A stretch of 64,000 nt of DNA from a virus: IMG/VR virus record IMGVR_UViG_3300033475_001387, one strand, 5' to 3'. Position numbers and translations under genes: made by a program. Positions 27,107 to 35,632 of this stretch are shown piece by piece; the stretch's first letter is position 1, and each line of letters opens with the position of its first letter. The notes beneath the pieces were generated by a model that was not told the origin of the DNA, ran no database searches, and saw nothing but the letters and a program-made list of their open reading frames with translations.

Positions 27107-27685
27107 ATGGAGCGGATTGTGACTGATCAGCCTCGACCGGTGGTGTACGTGGTGGGGTGCGGTGCGCGGGCGGCGGCCGAGCTGGGCCGGGCGGTGTCGC
27201 TGGCGCAGGCGGCCGGCTTCACGGCGTGCGTGGTGCTCACGCCTGCCGCGATGGAGTTCGCCGGCGATCTCGGGGCGCTGCGCGAGTTGACCGGGCATCC
27301 GGTGCGCTCGACGTACAAGCGGCCGGAGGAACCGGACGCGCTGCCGTTGCCGGATGCGTTCCTCGTCTCGCCGCTGACGTTCAACTCGCTGAACAAGTGG
27401 GCGGCCGGGATCAGTGACACGCTCGCGATGGGCCTGTTGAACGAGTCGCTGGGGATGGGCGTGCCGATCACGGCGGTGCCGTGGCTCAACGCCCAGTTGG
27501 CGGCGCACCCGGCGGTGGCGCCGTCGATCGCCCGGCTCGAGGCCGCCGGGGTCCGGTTCACCTCGGGCCTGGGGCATCCCTCGACGCGCATTCCCGGCCC
27601 GGACGGGAAGACGGGTACGCCGGTCTACCCATGGTTGGAGATCGAGCAGGCGCTCGTGGAGATGGCGGCCGCGGCCCGGGCGTAG
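27107..27685 (+). CDS. HFCD-family flavoprotein
   Basis: VVLTPAA, DAFLVSPLTFNSLNKWAAGISD, P.LN...AHP. Confidence 0.85.
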   Translation: MERIVTDQPRPVVYVVGCGARAAAELGRAVSLAQAAGFTACVVLTPAAMEFAGDLGALRELTGHPVRSTYKRPEEPDALPLPDAFLVSPLTFNSLNKWAAGISDTLAMGLLNESLGMGVPITAVPWLNAQLAAHPAVAPSIARLEAAGVRFTSGLGHPSTRIPGPDGKTGTPVYPWLEIEQALVEMAAAARA

Positions 27686-27737
27686 CGACGTGTGGATCCG
27701 GCCTGCAGGGTCGGGTGGATGCGCTTAGCCTGGGGGT

Positions 27738-28616
27738 ATGCCGACGTCGGCGTGGACGGGTTCGATCAGCTTTGGCCTGGTCAACGTGCCCGTGCAGCTG
27801 TACAAAGCGACAGAGACGCACAGCGGGCCGGACTTCCACCAGGTCCATGTCCCCGACGGCGGGCGGATCCGACTCAAGCGGTTCTGTGAGCTGGAGGACG
27901 TCGAGGTGCCGCTGCATGAGATCAGTCGCGGTCTCACGGTCGGCCGGCGCGAAGTGGTGCTGACCTCGGCGGACATGGACACCCTGCCGCTGCCCTCGCG
28001 GTTCGTGATCGACGTGCAGGCGTTCGTGGACGCCGGCACGTTCGACGCCGTCCAGTTCGACCAGGCCTACTACGTGGGCCTGCCGCGGCGCACCCCCGGG
28101 AAGCCGTATGCGCTGCTGCGGGAGGCGATGCGGGAACGCGGCCAGGTCGCGGTCGCGAAGGTCACGCTCACCACCCGGGAGTCGCTCGCGGTGCTGCGCG
28201 TGGTCGGCGACATGCTCGTGCTGCACACGATGCTGTGGCCCGACGAGGTCCGCTCACCGCAGGGCGTGCCGACGGCGGACGACGAGATCCACTCGAACGA
28301 GCTCAAGATGACGATCTCGCTGATGCATGCCATGTCGCGGGACTTCCGCTTCGAGGACCTGCACGACGAGTATCGGCACGCCCTCGAGGAACTGGTCGAC
28401 GCGAAGCTGCACGGCGAGCAGCCCGCGGAGATCCGGCGGCCGCGGCGCGCGGTCGTCGACATCACGAAGGTGCTCGCGGAGTCGCTCGCAGCCGCGGAGG
28501 CGGCACATCCCGCCCACGAGCCGGAACCGGCGCCGAGGAAGCAGGCGGCGAAGAAGCCAGCGCCGGCGGCCAAGAAGGCGCCCGCGAAGAAGACCACGCC
28601 GCGGCGGACAGGCTGA
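27738..28616 (+). CDS. ku: Ku DNA end-binding protein
   Basis: WTGSISFGLVNVPVQLY, KPYALLREAM, Lys/Ala-rich tail. Confidence 0.95.
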   Translation: MPTSAWTGSISFGLVNVPVQLYKATETHSGPDFHQVHVPDGGRIRLKRFCELEDVEVPLHEISRGLTVGRREVVLTSADMDTLPLPSRFVIDVQAFVDAGTFDAVQFDQAYYVGLPRRTPGKPYALLREAMRERGQVAVAKVTLTTRESLAVLRVVGDMLVLHTMLWPDEVRSPQGVPTADDEIHSNELKMTISLMHAMSRDFRFEDLHDEYRHALEELVDAKLHGEQPAEIRRPRRAVVDITKVLAESLAAAEAAHPAHEPEPAPRKQAAKKPAPAAKKAPAKKTTPRRTG

Positions 28617-28620
28617 CCGA

Positions 28621-29094
28621 ATGGACGAACGCCGCGGCCACTTCACCGAGCCGCCGATCCTGCCTGAGGTGCCGGCGCCGCCGCCGGACCGGATCCTGGT
28701 GCGCGGGGCGCGGCTGGCGCGCATCTACGGCGAGCGGCAGATCCCGGACGTGCGGGGCCGTGAACGGCGCGGCGGCGGACGCGACGCCGTGATTTTGGCG
28801 TGGGCGAGAAGGCGGGACGGCTGGGCCGTGCTCTTGGCTTGGACGTCCTACTACATGTATGAGGACCCTCCGAAGCAGACCGAGGCCGCGCGCTGGGGCT
28901 GGTACGTGCTCGACGAGCAGCGGGTCAAGCCGATGCGGGCGCCACGGGCCTCGTACGAAGGTGCGGCGTGGCACGGATGGCATCAGGATTCGGAGCTGAA
29001 CGTCGCGATCGAACGCGCGGCGCTGCTACTGCCGGCCGAGGTACGCGAGCGAGCCAAGACGCCGATGCCGGACGCTCCCGCGGACTCGGACTGA
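28621..29094 (+). CDS. Hypothetical Trp-rich protein
   Basis: Starts MDERRG 5 nt after ku stop. Confidence 0.55.
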   Translation: MDERRGHFTEPPILPEVPAPPPDRILVRGARLARIYGERQIPDVRGRERRGGGRDAVILAWARRRDGWAVLLAWTSYYMYEDPPKQTEAARWGWYVLDEQRVKPMRAPRASYEGAAWHGWHQDSELNVAIERAALLLPAEVRERAKTPMPDAPADSD

Positions 29095-29113
29095 GCGCCG
29101 ACGGCGGGGCTGG

Positions 29114-29536
29114 TTACGCGAGCCGGTAGCGGCAGCCGCACGGCTGGAACTCGACCTCGGCCGCGTAGCCCGGTTCCCACGCCTCGCCGTACTGGTCGTG
29201 AATGTAGGTCGGCGGCGGCTCGACGCTGATGGAGACGTCGGTGGGTAGCCAGCGCCAGCCGTGGATGAACGAGCAGTGCCGCCGGTACCGCGTGCCGTGC
29301 CCATTCGGGCAGGCTGCGTTGCCGCAGCGCAGGCCGATCTGGGCGCGCAGCAGATCGAGCGGGTGCAGCAGCGGCGGGAACGGAAACAGCCCGGGCGTCC
29401 ACCACGTGCACTCGCCGTCGTGCCCGCACAGTTGCCCGCACTGGTAGCCGGTCTCGCCGTCCGGTCCGGTGGTCACGCGGCAGCAGCCGTGTTCCCCGAA
29501 CTGGTCGTGAAAAATGAGCGCCGGGGCCAGCGTCAT
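29114..29536 (-). CDS. Cys/His-rich hypothetical protein
   Basis: Multiple Cys pairs; ATGA coupling. Confidence 0.55.
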   Translation of the reverse strand: MTLAPALIFHDQFGEHGCCRVTTGPDGETGYQCGQLCGHDGECTWWTPGLFPFPPLLHPLDLLRAQIGLRCGNAACPNGHGTRYRRHCSFIHGWRWLPTDVSISVEPPPTYIHDQYGEAWEPGYAAEVEFQPCGCRYRLA

Positions 29537-29973
29537 CGGGCGTCCCGGTTCCGGCAGCAGGAGCCGTCGGCGTGGTGCTGGTGCTCGGTGACGAGCCGGT
29601 AGCAGTCGCGCGGCTCGCTCGAGGGCGGCCACGTGCCGGTGCGGCACAGTAGCCGGCCGGCGATGCGGGCGCTCGAGGCGGTGGGTCGGCCGCAGTGCCC
29701 GCACACGCCCTGCTCGACCACAGCAGCCGGGGCAATCAGCTGCAGGGCCTGGATCCGGCGTGCCTCGGCGCGCTGCCGGACGCTGGCGCGGCGCAGCAGG
29801 TGCTCGCGGGCGAATGCGAGCCCGAACACCCCGGCGACCGCACCGACGAGCAGCAGCAAGGCCGCCCACCACGGCAGATGCAGCGCGCGGGCCAGAACCT
29901 CGACGAGCCGCACGAGGTCGCGGCCTAGTTCCTCGCGCTGCTCCTCGGTGAGACGGACTGTGGCCGCGGCCAT
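29533..29973 (-). CDS. Membrane protein with C-terminal zinc finger
   Basis: One hydrophobic helix, CGHC...C...C. Confidence 0.55.
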   Translation of the reverse strand: MAAATVRLTEEQREELGRDLVRLVEVLARALHLPWWAALLLLVGAVAGVFGLAFAREHLLRRASVRQRAEARRIQALQLIAPAAVVEQGVCGHCGRPTASSARIAGRLLCRTGTWPPSSEPRDCYRLVTEHQHHADGSCCRNRDAR

Positions 29974-29975
29974 CG

Positions 29976-30185
29976 CTACCGCCGCTTCTCGTCGTGCCGC
30001 TCGGCCCACGTGAAGGCCCACAGCATGCCGAGGATCCCGCCGCCCACAACGCCGCCGAGGCCGAGCAGCGCGCCGGCGGTCTCGTCGTTCGGGTCGGGCC
30101 AGTTCGCCGCAACGAGCACGGCAAGCCCGCCACCGGCAAGCATGGGACCGAAGAACCGGACCGCGGCACCGAGGTAGAAGCGCAT
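29976..30185 (-). CDS. Small two-TM membrane protein
   Basis: Two hydrophobic segments. Confidence 0.55.
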   Translation of the reverse strand: MRFYLGAAVRFFGPMLAGGGLAVLVAANWPDPNDETAGALLGLGGVVGGGILGMLWAFTWAERHDEKRR

Positions 30186-30481
30186 CAGTTCCTGATCTCC
30201 TTCCGCACGATCTTGCCGTCCACGGTCGGTGACGTCTGCTCGTTGATCAGGAACCTGGCTTCGCTCACACCGTCGGCGCCGACTTGGACGCGGATCCACA
30301 CACCCAGGCTCTTCCACTCCCAGGAGAGCGAGCCGTCCTCGGTGGCCTCGTGCTGCGGGTCGGTATGGAGGATGACCCAGCGGACATGCTCTTGCAGGCG
30401 CGCGGGAACGGAGACGCCTACCAGTAGCGCGGCGCCGACGGGCGTGGAGGCGGTCGCGTCGCCGCTGATCGCAGTACTCAC
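30185..30481 (-). CDS. Hypothetical protein
   Basis: TGATG coupling. Confidence 0.5.
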   Translation of the reverse strand: MSTAISGDATASTPVGAALLVGVSVPARLQEHVRWVILHTDPQHEATEDGSLSWEWKSLGVWIRVQVGADGVSEARFLINEQTSPTVDGKIVRKEIRN

Positions 30482-31084
30482 TCGTTGCCCACCCCGATCC
30501 CTCGGACTGTGGCTACCCACGTGCCGTCGGGCAACTGCGTCACGGTGTGTTTCTCCATGAAGCGCTCCTGGAAGCGGCGCTGGGCGCGACGCCGCGACTC
30601 GAACCAGCGACGCGGCACGATGAGCCAGTCCATCGCGGGGAGATCCTGGTGCCCGGTCCTGCCGCCTTGATCCCGAGCGCCTTCGCGATCGCCAACACCG
30701 TGCTCGGCTGACTTGCTCATGTCGTTGAGTCTGGCAGTGGGAGAATCTCCACTTACCTGTGTCCGCGCGGGCCCGATCCGTGCAATGGCACCGCCTTACC
30801 CGACGGGCACGGCCTCGGCAGCTGCCGAGCGGGCGATCGACCAGGCCCCGGAAACGCTGCCGCCGAGACTACGCGAGGCTGCTATGCGACCGGCGCCGGA
30901 TCCGCCCAGGTGTTCTCGAACGCTGGGCAGCCACGGTGCCGGCCTCGGTATTCGGCGGCGGGCGTCGACTTGGGCTGCTTGTCGAGCCAGAGTTCGAACC
31001 GGCCAGGCACGTGGACGCGGTCGGGTGCGTCAATCGCGGTGGCGTGAGTAGGCATCCGAGCATTTTGGCGGACCGCGCTGACAA

Positions 31085-31450
31085 TCATGCGCCGGCGAGC
31101 GTCGCCTGGTACCGCTCGAGTGCGACCCGGTTCAGCTCTTTCTCGGCCTTGTGCCGGTCGGGCTGTTGTTGCTTCCACGGGTGCCGAAAGATCTCGAGCG
31201 TGATGCGTTGGACCTTGTCGCGTGCCTCGTTGAGTCGGGCCATCTGTTCGGCGGTGGGCAGCAGGATGTCGTGGGGTTGCTCCCCAGCGTGCCGTGGGTT
31301 GATTGTGACGGTCCGGCTCTGCCGGTCGGCTTCATCGTCCTCGTTGATCGGGGCGGCCGGTTCGTTGGCGATCTGGTCGGCGAGGGCGCGAGCCGCGTAC
31401 CAGTCGGCCTTGAGTTGGATCAGGTCGGCGGGCGGGGTGATCTCGGCCAT
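31085..31450 (-). CDS. Hypothetical protein
   Basis: MAEITPPADLIQLKADWYAA, helical. Confidence 0.55.
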   Translation of the reverse strand: MAEITPPADLIQLKADWYAARALADQIANEPAAPINEDDEADRQSRTVTINPRHAGEQPHDILLPTAEQMARLNEARDKVQRITLEIFRHPWKQQQPDRHKAEKELNRVALERYQATLAGA

Positions 31451-31509
31451 ACTGCTCCAGACGTGCGCTCGGTAGGGTCGGTTCATTCTGCCCGACCCCA
31501 CTGACAAGA

Positions 31510-32139
31510 TCACGCAGGCGTGGGAGCACCGACCTCGCGCGCGGCCGCCGCGATCGTCGCCGAGACGCGGGCGCTATTCACCGTCTTGATGATCTGCCAG
31601 TTCGCAGGACGCCCCACGATGCCGCCACCCGAGTCTCGGCCTCCGACGTTGCAGCCGTAGTGCGCGATCGCGAGGTTGTCGGGGTCGTCGGTGCCGCCGA
31701 CGCATACGGGCAGGAGATGCTCGACGGTCGGGTGGTCGTGGTTGCGCTCCGGCTCGCCTGTCCGCTGCCACTGGTGGTTCGGGTCGACCGGTTTCGAGCA
31801 GATCTGGCAGATCCACCCGTCGCGCTCTCCGATCCGGGCGCGCAGTGCTCGGGAGACTCCGCCGCGGCGGTCGGGCACGGGCCGGTCGAGCCAGCGCTCC
31901 GGGTCGGTGATGCCTGCGGCGGTGAGAATCTCGACGGCGTGGATGCGGGCGACGAGCGCGATCGCGTCGAGTTCGGCCGGGGTGCGCTCGCCGTACGCGC
32001 GAGCCGTGTGGGCGGCCCGTCCGGCGTCCGCTGTGTCGCTGAGGTCGGTGCTGACGCCGGCGCGGGCGAACTTGCGGAGGTGATCCGGCACTCGTCGCAC
32101 GGCTTCGCGCACACCGGACCGACGCGCATCAGGCGACAC
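31510..32139 (-). CDS. HNH endonuclease
   Basis: RDGWICQIC...TVEHLLP...GGTDDPDNLAIAH.GCN. Confidence 0.9.
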   Translation of the reverse strand: MSPDARRSGVREAVRRVPDHLRKFARAGVSTDLSDTADAGRAAHTARAYGERTPAELDAIALVARIHAVEILTAAGITDPERWLDRPVPDRRGGVSRALRARIGERDGWICQICSKPVDPNHQWQRTGEPERNHDHPTVEHLLPVCVGGTDDPDNLAIAHYGCNVGGRDSGGGIVGRPANWQIIKTVNSARVSATIAAAAREVGAPTPA

Positions 32140-32151
32140 CAGGTGATCAGT

Positions 32152-32493
32152 TCAGCCATGCTCGCCTTCGCTCTGCTGCTCGCCGAGGGCTGCGGCACGG
32201 CGCGCCAGGATGTCTTGCCGCGGCTGCCCGGCTGGCACGAGCCGGATGCCGACCTCGTACCCGCACGCCCACAGCCACGCCGCCAGGTCGCCAATGGTGG
32301 CGGCACCGGGACGCTTGCGGAGCCGGCGGGCGGCGCGCCGGGATAGGCCGCTGGAGCGCCCAACTTCCCGTTCATCGAGGCCACCGGAGCCCATGTAGAC
32401 GAGCGTGGCAACGCGCCTCCGTAGGCGCGCGGCGGCCAGTCCGCGCTCGCCTTCCGGGGTGGCCGCGATGCGCTCGTAGAGGCTAGTCAACAC
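32152..32493 (-). CDS. HTH-like protein
   Basis: REVGRSSGLS...ATIGDLAAWLWACG resembles Cro/HigA-type HTH. Confidence 0.55.
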   Translation of the reverse strand: MLTSLYERIAATPEGERGLAAARLRRRVATLVYMGSGGLDEREVGRSSGLSRRAARRLRKRPGAATIGDLAAWLWACGYEVGIRLVPAGQPRQDILARRAAALGEQQSEGEHG

Positions 32494-33755
32494 GCCACCT
32501 CGTCCTCATCGTCGAGAGCCGTACCGGCTGTCATCGCCTTGAGGCACCCGATCACGGCGAGGCAGTCGCCGTGCGCGCGGTGGGCGCCGCCGAGCCGCTG
32601 CCAGCGGTAGTTGCCGTGCCGCTCTGACCATTCGCCGTACCAGGCGGAGTACGGCTCCATAGCGTCCTCCCAGGTATGCCGGGCCATCCACGCCGCCGCT
32701 GGGTCCGTGCCGTCGAGGTGGAGTTCGAGCTCGTGTCGGATCCGCGCGGTGTCGTACGCCCGGTTGTAGATCAGGACGCGCTTGCCGGCGAGCGCGTTCT
32801 CCAGGTCGGGCAGGGTCTTAGCGAACGTGGGCGCGGCGGCGACCATGGCGTCGGTGATGCCGTGGATGTCGGTGGACTCGGCCGGGATCGGCACGCCCGG
32901 GTTCACGAGCGTGTTCAGCAGGGTCTCGCCGGCCGCGGTGACGACGGCGATGTCGACGATCCTGGCGGTGTCGTGCAGGCCCGTGGTCTCGGTGTCGAGG
33001 ATGACCGTGTTCGGGTCGGCAAGCGCGTCCACCGCCCACTGTCTGAGTTCGGCGAGCTCGTCCCGACGCGCGGCCTCGGCGGCTTGCTCGCGGGCGCGCT
33101 CCTCGGCACGCGCCTGAATCATCTCGGCTTCGCGCCGCTGCTCGCATCCCGCGCAGAACCTGACCGGGAAGTACGTGTTCCCGGCCCGCAGATGACGCAG
33201 CACCTCCTGCTTCGAGGCGTGCCGCACGGTGCAGCCGTACCGGTCACGGCCCGCACACCACTGCGCCCGCTCCACGCGCCGGGCGCGCTCGGCGGCCTTC
33301 TCAGCCCGCTGCTCGCGCAGGCACGGGGCGCACAGTAGGCGCTTGAGCCGCTGCGGGCGGAGGGAACTGCAGCGGCGGCACGTGCGGTTGTAGACGGCGG
33401 TCTGGCGGGCGTCGTCCTTGCGGTAGCAGTCGCCGCACTGCTTTCCGTGAATAACGTAGCCCTTGACCTCGCTGCAGCGCGGGCAGGTGTGGCTGATGCG
33501 GTACGCCCATGCGTCTCCGATACGCCGCGGGGGAAGCGCCTCGGCTCTGGCGGGGTCGTAGAGGGCGGCGAGAGTCTTGTAATAGCGGACCCTGATGTAC
33601 GCGGCGGGCTGTTGTCCGGGTGCCGGGCGCAGCCGACGTACCTCGAGGGCGCTGCGGGTGAGCAGGTGGGCGGGGGCGGTGCCGTTGGCGTACAGCGGGA
33701 TCTCGGATATCCGGCCGATTGGCTCGGCGGTGGCGGTGGCGGTGCCGGCGGCCAT
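32487..33755 (-). CDS. DEDDh 3'-5' exonuclease fused to N-terminal zinc-binding region
   Basis: VILDTETTGL, IHGIT, YN..YD, HRAHGDC; N-terminus with four or more Cys pairs. Confidence 0.85.
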   Translation of the reverse strand: MAAGTATATAEPIGRISEIPLYANGTAPAHLLTRSALEVRRLRPAPGQQPAAYIRVRYYKTLAALYDPARAEALPPRRIGDAWAYRISHTCPRCSEVKGYVIHGKQCGDCYRKDDARQTAVYNRTCRRCSSLRPQRLKRLLCAPCLREQRAEKAAERARRVERAQWCAGRDRYGCTVRHASKQEVLRHLRAGNTYFPVRFCAGCEQRREAEMIQARAEERAREQAAEAARRDELAELRQWAVDALADPNTVILDTETTGLHDTARIVDIAVVTAAGETLLNTLVNPGVPIPAESTDIHGITDAMVAAAPTFAKTLPDLENALAGKRVLIYNRAYDTARIRHELELHLDGTDPAAAWMARHTWEDAMEPYSAWYGEWSERHGNYRWQRLGGAHRAHGDCLAVIGCLKAMTAGTALDDEDEVAC

Positions 33756-34061
33756 GCGAATCCTCCAGAGATGATCAGGTATCTGATGGTCTATACGGGA
33801 TTCTGGCACCTTCCTGTGACATTTTCGTGTGCTGCAATTGCCGCCGCACATGCAGCAGGGCCCATACGATGGGAGACGTCGGGCACGTCGCGGGTGGGCT
33901 GCTGGTGCCTGGCGATCACGCTGGCCGCGTGGAAACGGCTGGCAGGCCCGGTTCGCTGGTGGGACTCGAACCGGGCCATCGCCTTTTCTCGACCTTCCCC
34001 TCCCCTGCATGAGCCTGGTCCGCTAACGTGGCGCGATCAGACGTCTGCAAGGGGGATCATC

Positions 34062-34598
34062 GTGAACGCACAGCAGCCCGCCGTGCTCACGGCCAAGGGC
34101 CAGGGCACCACCGTCACATTCGACGGGGCCACCGTCACCATCACCCGCGGAGTCATGGCGCCCGGCGGCAAGGGCGAGGCAGCGTTCCCGCTACGCCTGC
34201 TGACGGGCGTGGACCTCGTGATGCCGGGCCTCACAGCGATGGCCGGCCGGTTCTCGCTGATCGGCGCGGGCGGGAGCGCGCAGCGGCATACGAAGCGCGA
34301 TCCGATGTCGGTGACCTTCACTTACACGCACCGGCGGGAATTCGAGGCGCTGGCGAACGCCGTGCGCGAGGCGCTGACCCAGGTGCAGGGGCAGGCCTAC
34401 GCACAGCCCTCGTTTGCCCAGCAGGCGCCGGCGGCCGCTCCTACCCCCAGCGCGGGCCAGGGCCTGGACGCGCAACTGGCGAACCTCGCGGCGTTGCGCG
34501 CGTCCGGCGCGTTGACCGAGCAGGAGTTCGCCGCAGCGAAGGCCCACCTGCTCGGCGGCGCGGCCGGCCCGCAAAACTCTGCTCCGCAGCAGTGGTAG
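34062..34598 (+). CDS. DUF4429-like + SHOCT domain protein
   Basis: AKGQGTTVTFDGATVTI; C-terminal LAALRASGALTEQEFAAAKAHLL. Confidence 0.8.
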   Translation: MNAQQPAVLTAKGQGTTVTFDGATVTITRGVMAPGGKGEAAFPLRLLTGVDLVMPGLTAMAGRFSLIGAGGSAQRHTKRDPMSVTFTYTHRREFEALANAVREALTQVQGQAYAQPSFAQQAPAAAPTPSAGQGLDAQLANLAALRASGALTEQEFAAAKAHLLGGAAGPQNSAPQQW

Positions 34599-34651
34599 AC
34601 GACGATGCTGACACAATGCGCGCGGGTAGCAGGAGGAAGCATCTGAGGTGA

Positions 34652-35632
34652 CTAGATCTCCGTGAGAGCCCAGCGGTCGATATCGACGAGGGTGCGACGG
34701 CCATGTTCCAGGGCATCCTGGGCGTCGCGTACGTCCTGAAGGGTTACCACGTCTTTGAGCTCGATGCGCAGCGGTAGCTGGAGCCGGTGGCCGACCTGTT
34801 CGAGCGCGGCGTTAAGGCAGTCAAGGATTGATTGCCTGATCTTGATCTTAAAGATGAGGCATTGGAGGTTGCGGTACACGAGGTATGGGTTGAGCTGGCG
34901 CTTGGAAAGCGGGTTCACCCCTCCGTTCCACCCGATTGGTGCGGTTGCTGCGGTAAGACTGGCAGTCTGTTCCCGCCGCGGGGGGCGCTCCGGAGAGCCG
35001 GCGGCCGTGCCGTCTGCAGCCATGTCGGACAGGATCGTCGGAGAGGCGAGGGCCGTCATCGCCGTCCTCAGCTTCGCCTCGAGAGCTGTATCGAGGTGGA
35101 AACGCGCGAGTTGAGTCTCGCCAAGCTTCACGTACCCAACGCCGCGCAGCGTGTGATGGTCAGCCAGGGTGCGCGGCACGAACTGAACCGGACGGCCGCG
35201 GTAGGTTCCGATACTCCCGCGCAGGACGGGACACAGCCGGAACGCCACCGGCAGCGCGTCTGGGGTTCCCGACTCGTGCGCGTAGACGATCTCGAAGTAT
35301 GCGTCCGGCCGACATAGGAGTTCGAGCGCCGTCGCGTTGAAGAACTCACGAAGAGCGCGGGCGAGCGGCTGTGGTCTGCCGTCCAGCGCTAGCGCGTCGG
35401 CGATCAGTCCTTCTGCCCTGGCCGAATCTGCACTGACGATCACGGGGGTGAAGTCGCGGCGAGCGCCAAAACCGTCGCCAAGAACGTGGCTGCAGTGCTC
35501 GAGCATGTAGTGAGTCAGCAGCCCGGCAGGATATGCGCCGCGCCGAAGGATGGCGCCCAGCTTTCGATCCTGCTGTGGCGAGAAGTCGTAGGTGGTGCTG
35601 CGCCGCTCGGCGAAAACGACCCCCTCAGGCAT
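34652..35632 (-). CDS. Hypothetical protein (lower-GC island)
   Basis: 326 aa; overlaps upstream large gene by 8 nt. Confidence 0.7.
   Translation of the reverse strand: MPEGVVFAERRSTTYDFSPQQDRKLGAILRRGAYPAGLLTHYMLEHCSHVLGDGFGARRDFTPVIVSADSARAEGLIADALALDGRPQPLARALREFFNATALELLCRPDAYFEIVYAHESGTPDALPVAFRLCPVLRGSIGTYRGRPVQFVPRTLADHHTLRGVGYVKLGETQLARFHLDTALEAKLRTAMTALASPTILSDMAADGTAAGSPERPPRREQTASLTAATAPIGWNGGVNPLSKRQLNPYLVYRNLQCLIFKIKIRQSILDCLNAALEQVGHRLQLPLRIELKDVVTLQDVRDAQDALEHGRRTLVDIDRWALTEI

Noticed and set aside
2727-27122. Other long ORFs such as 2727-4376, 9205-10542, 11206-12801 and 25464-27122
   Set aside because: Arg/Pro/Gly-rich off-frame or antisense shadows of recognisable genes, expected in high-GC DNA
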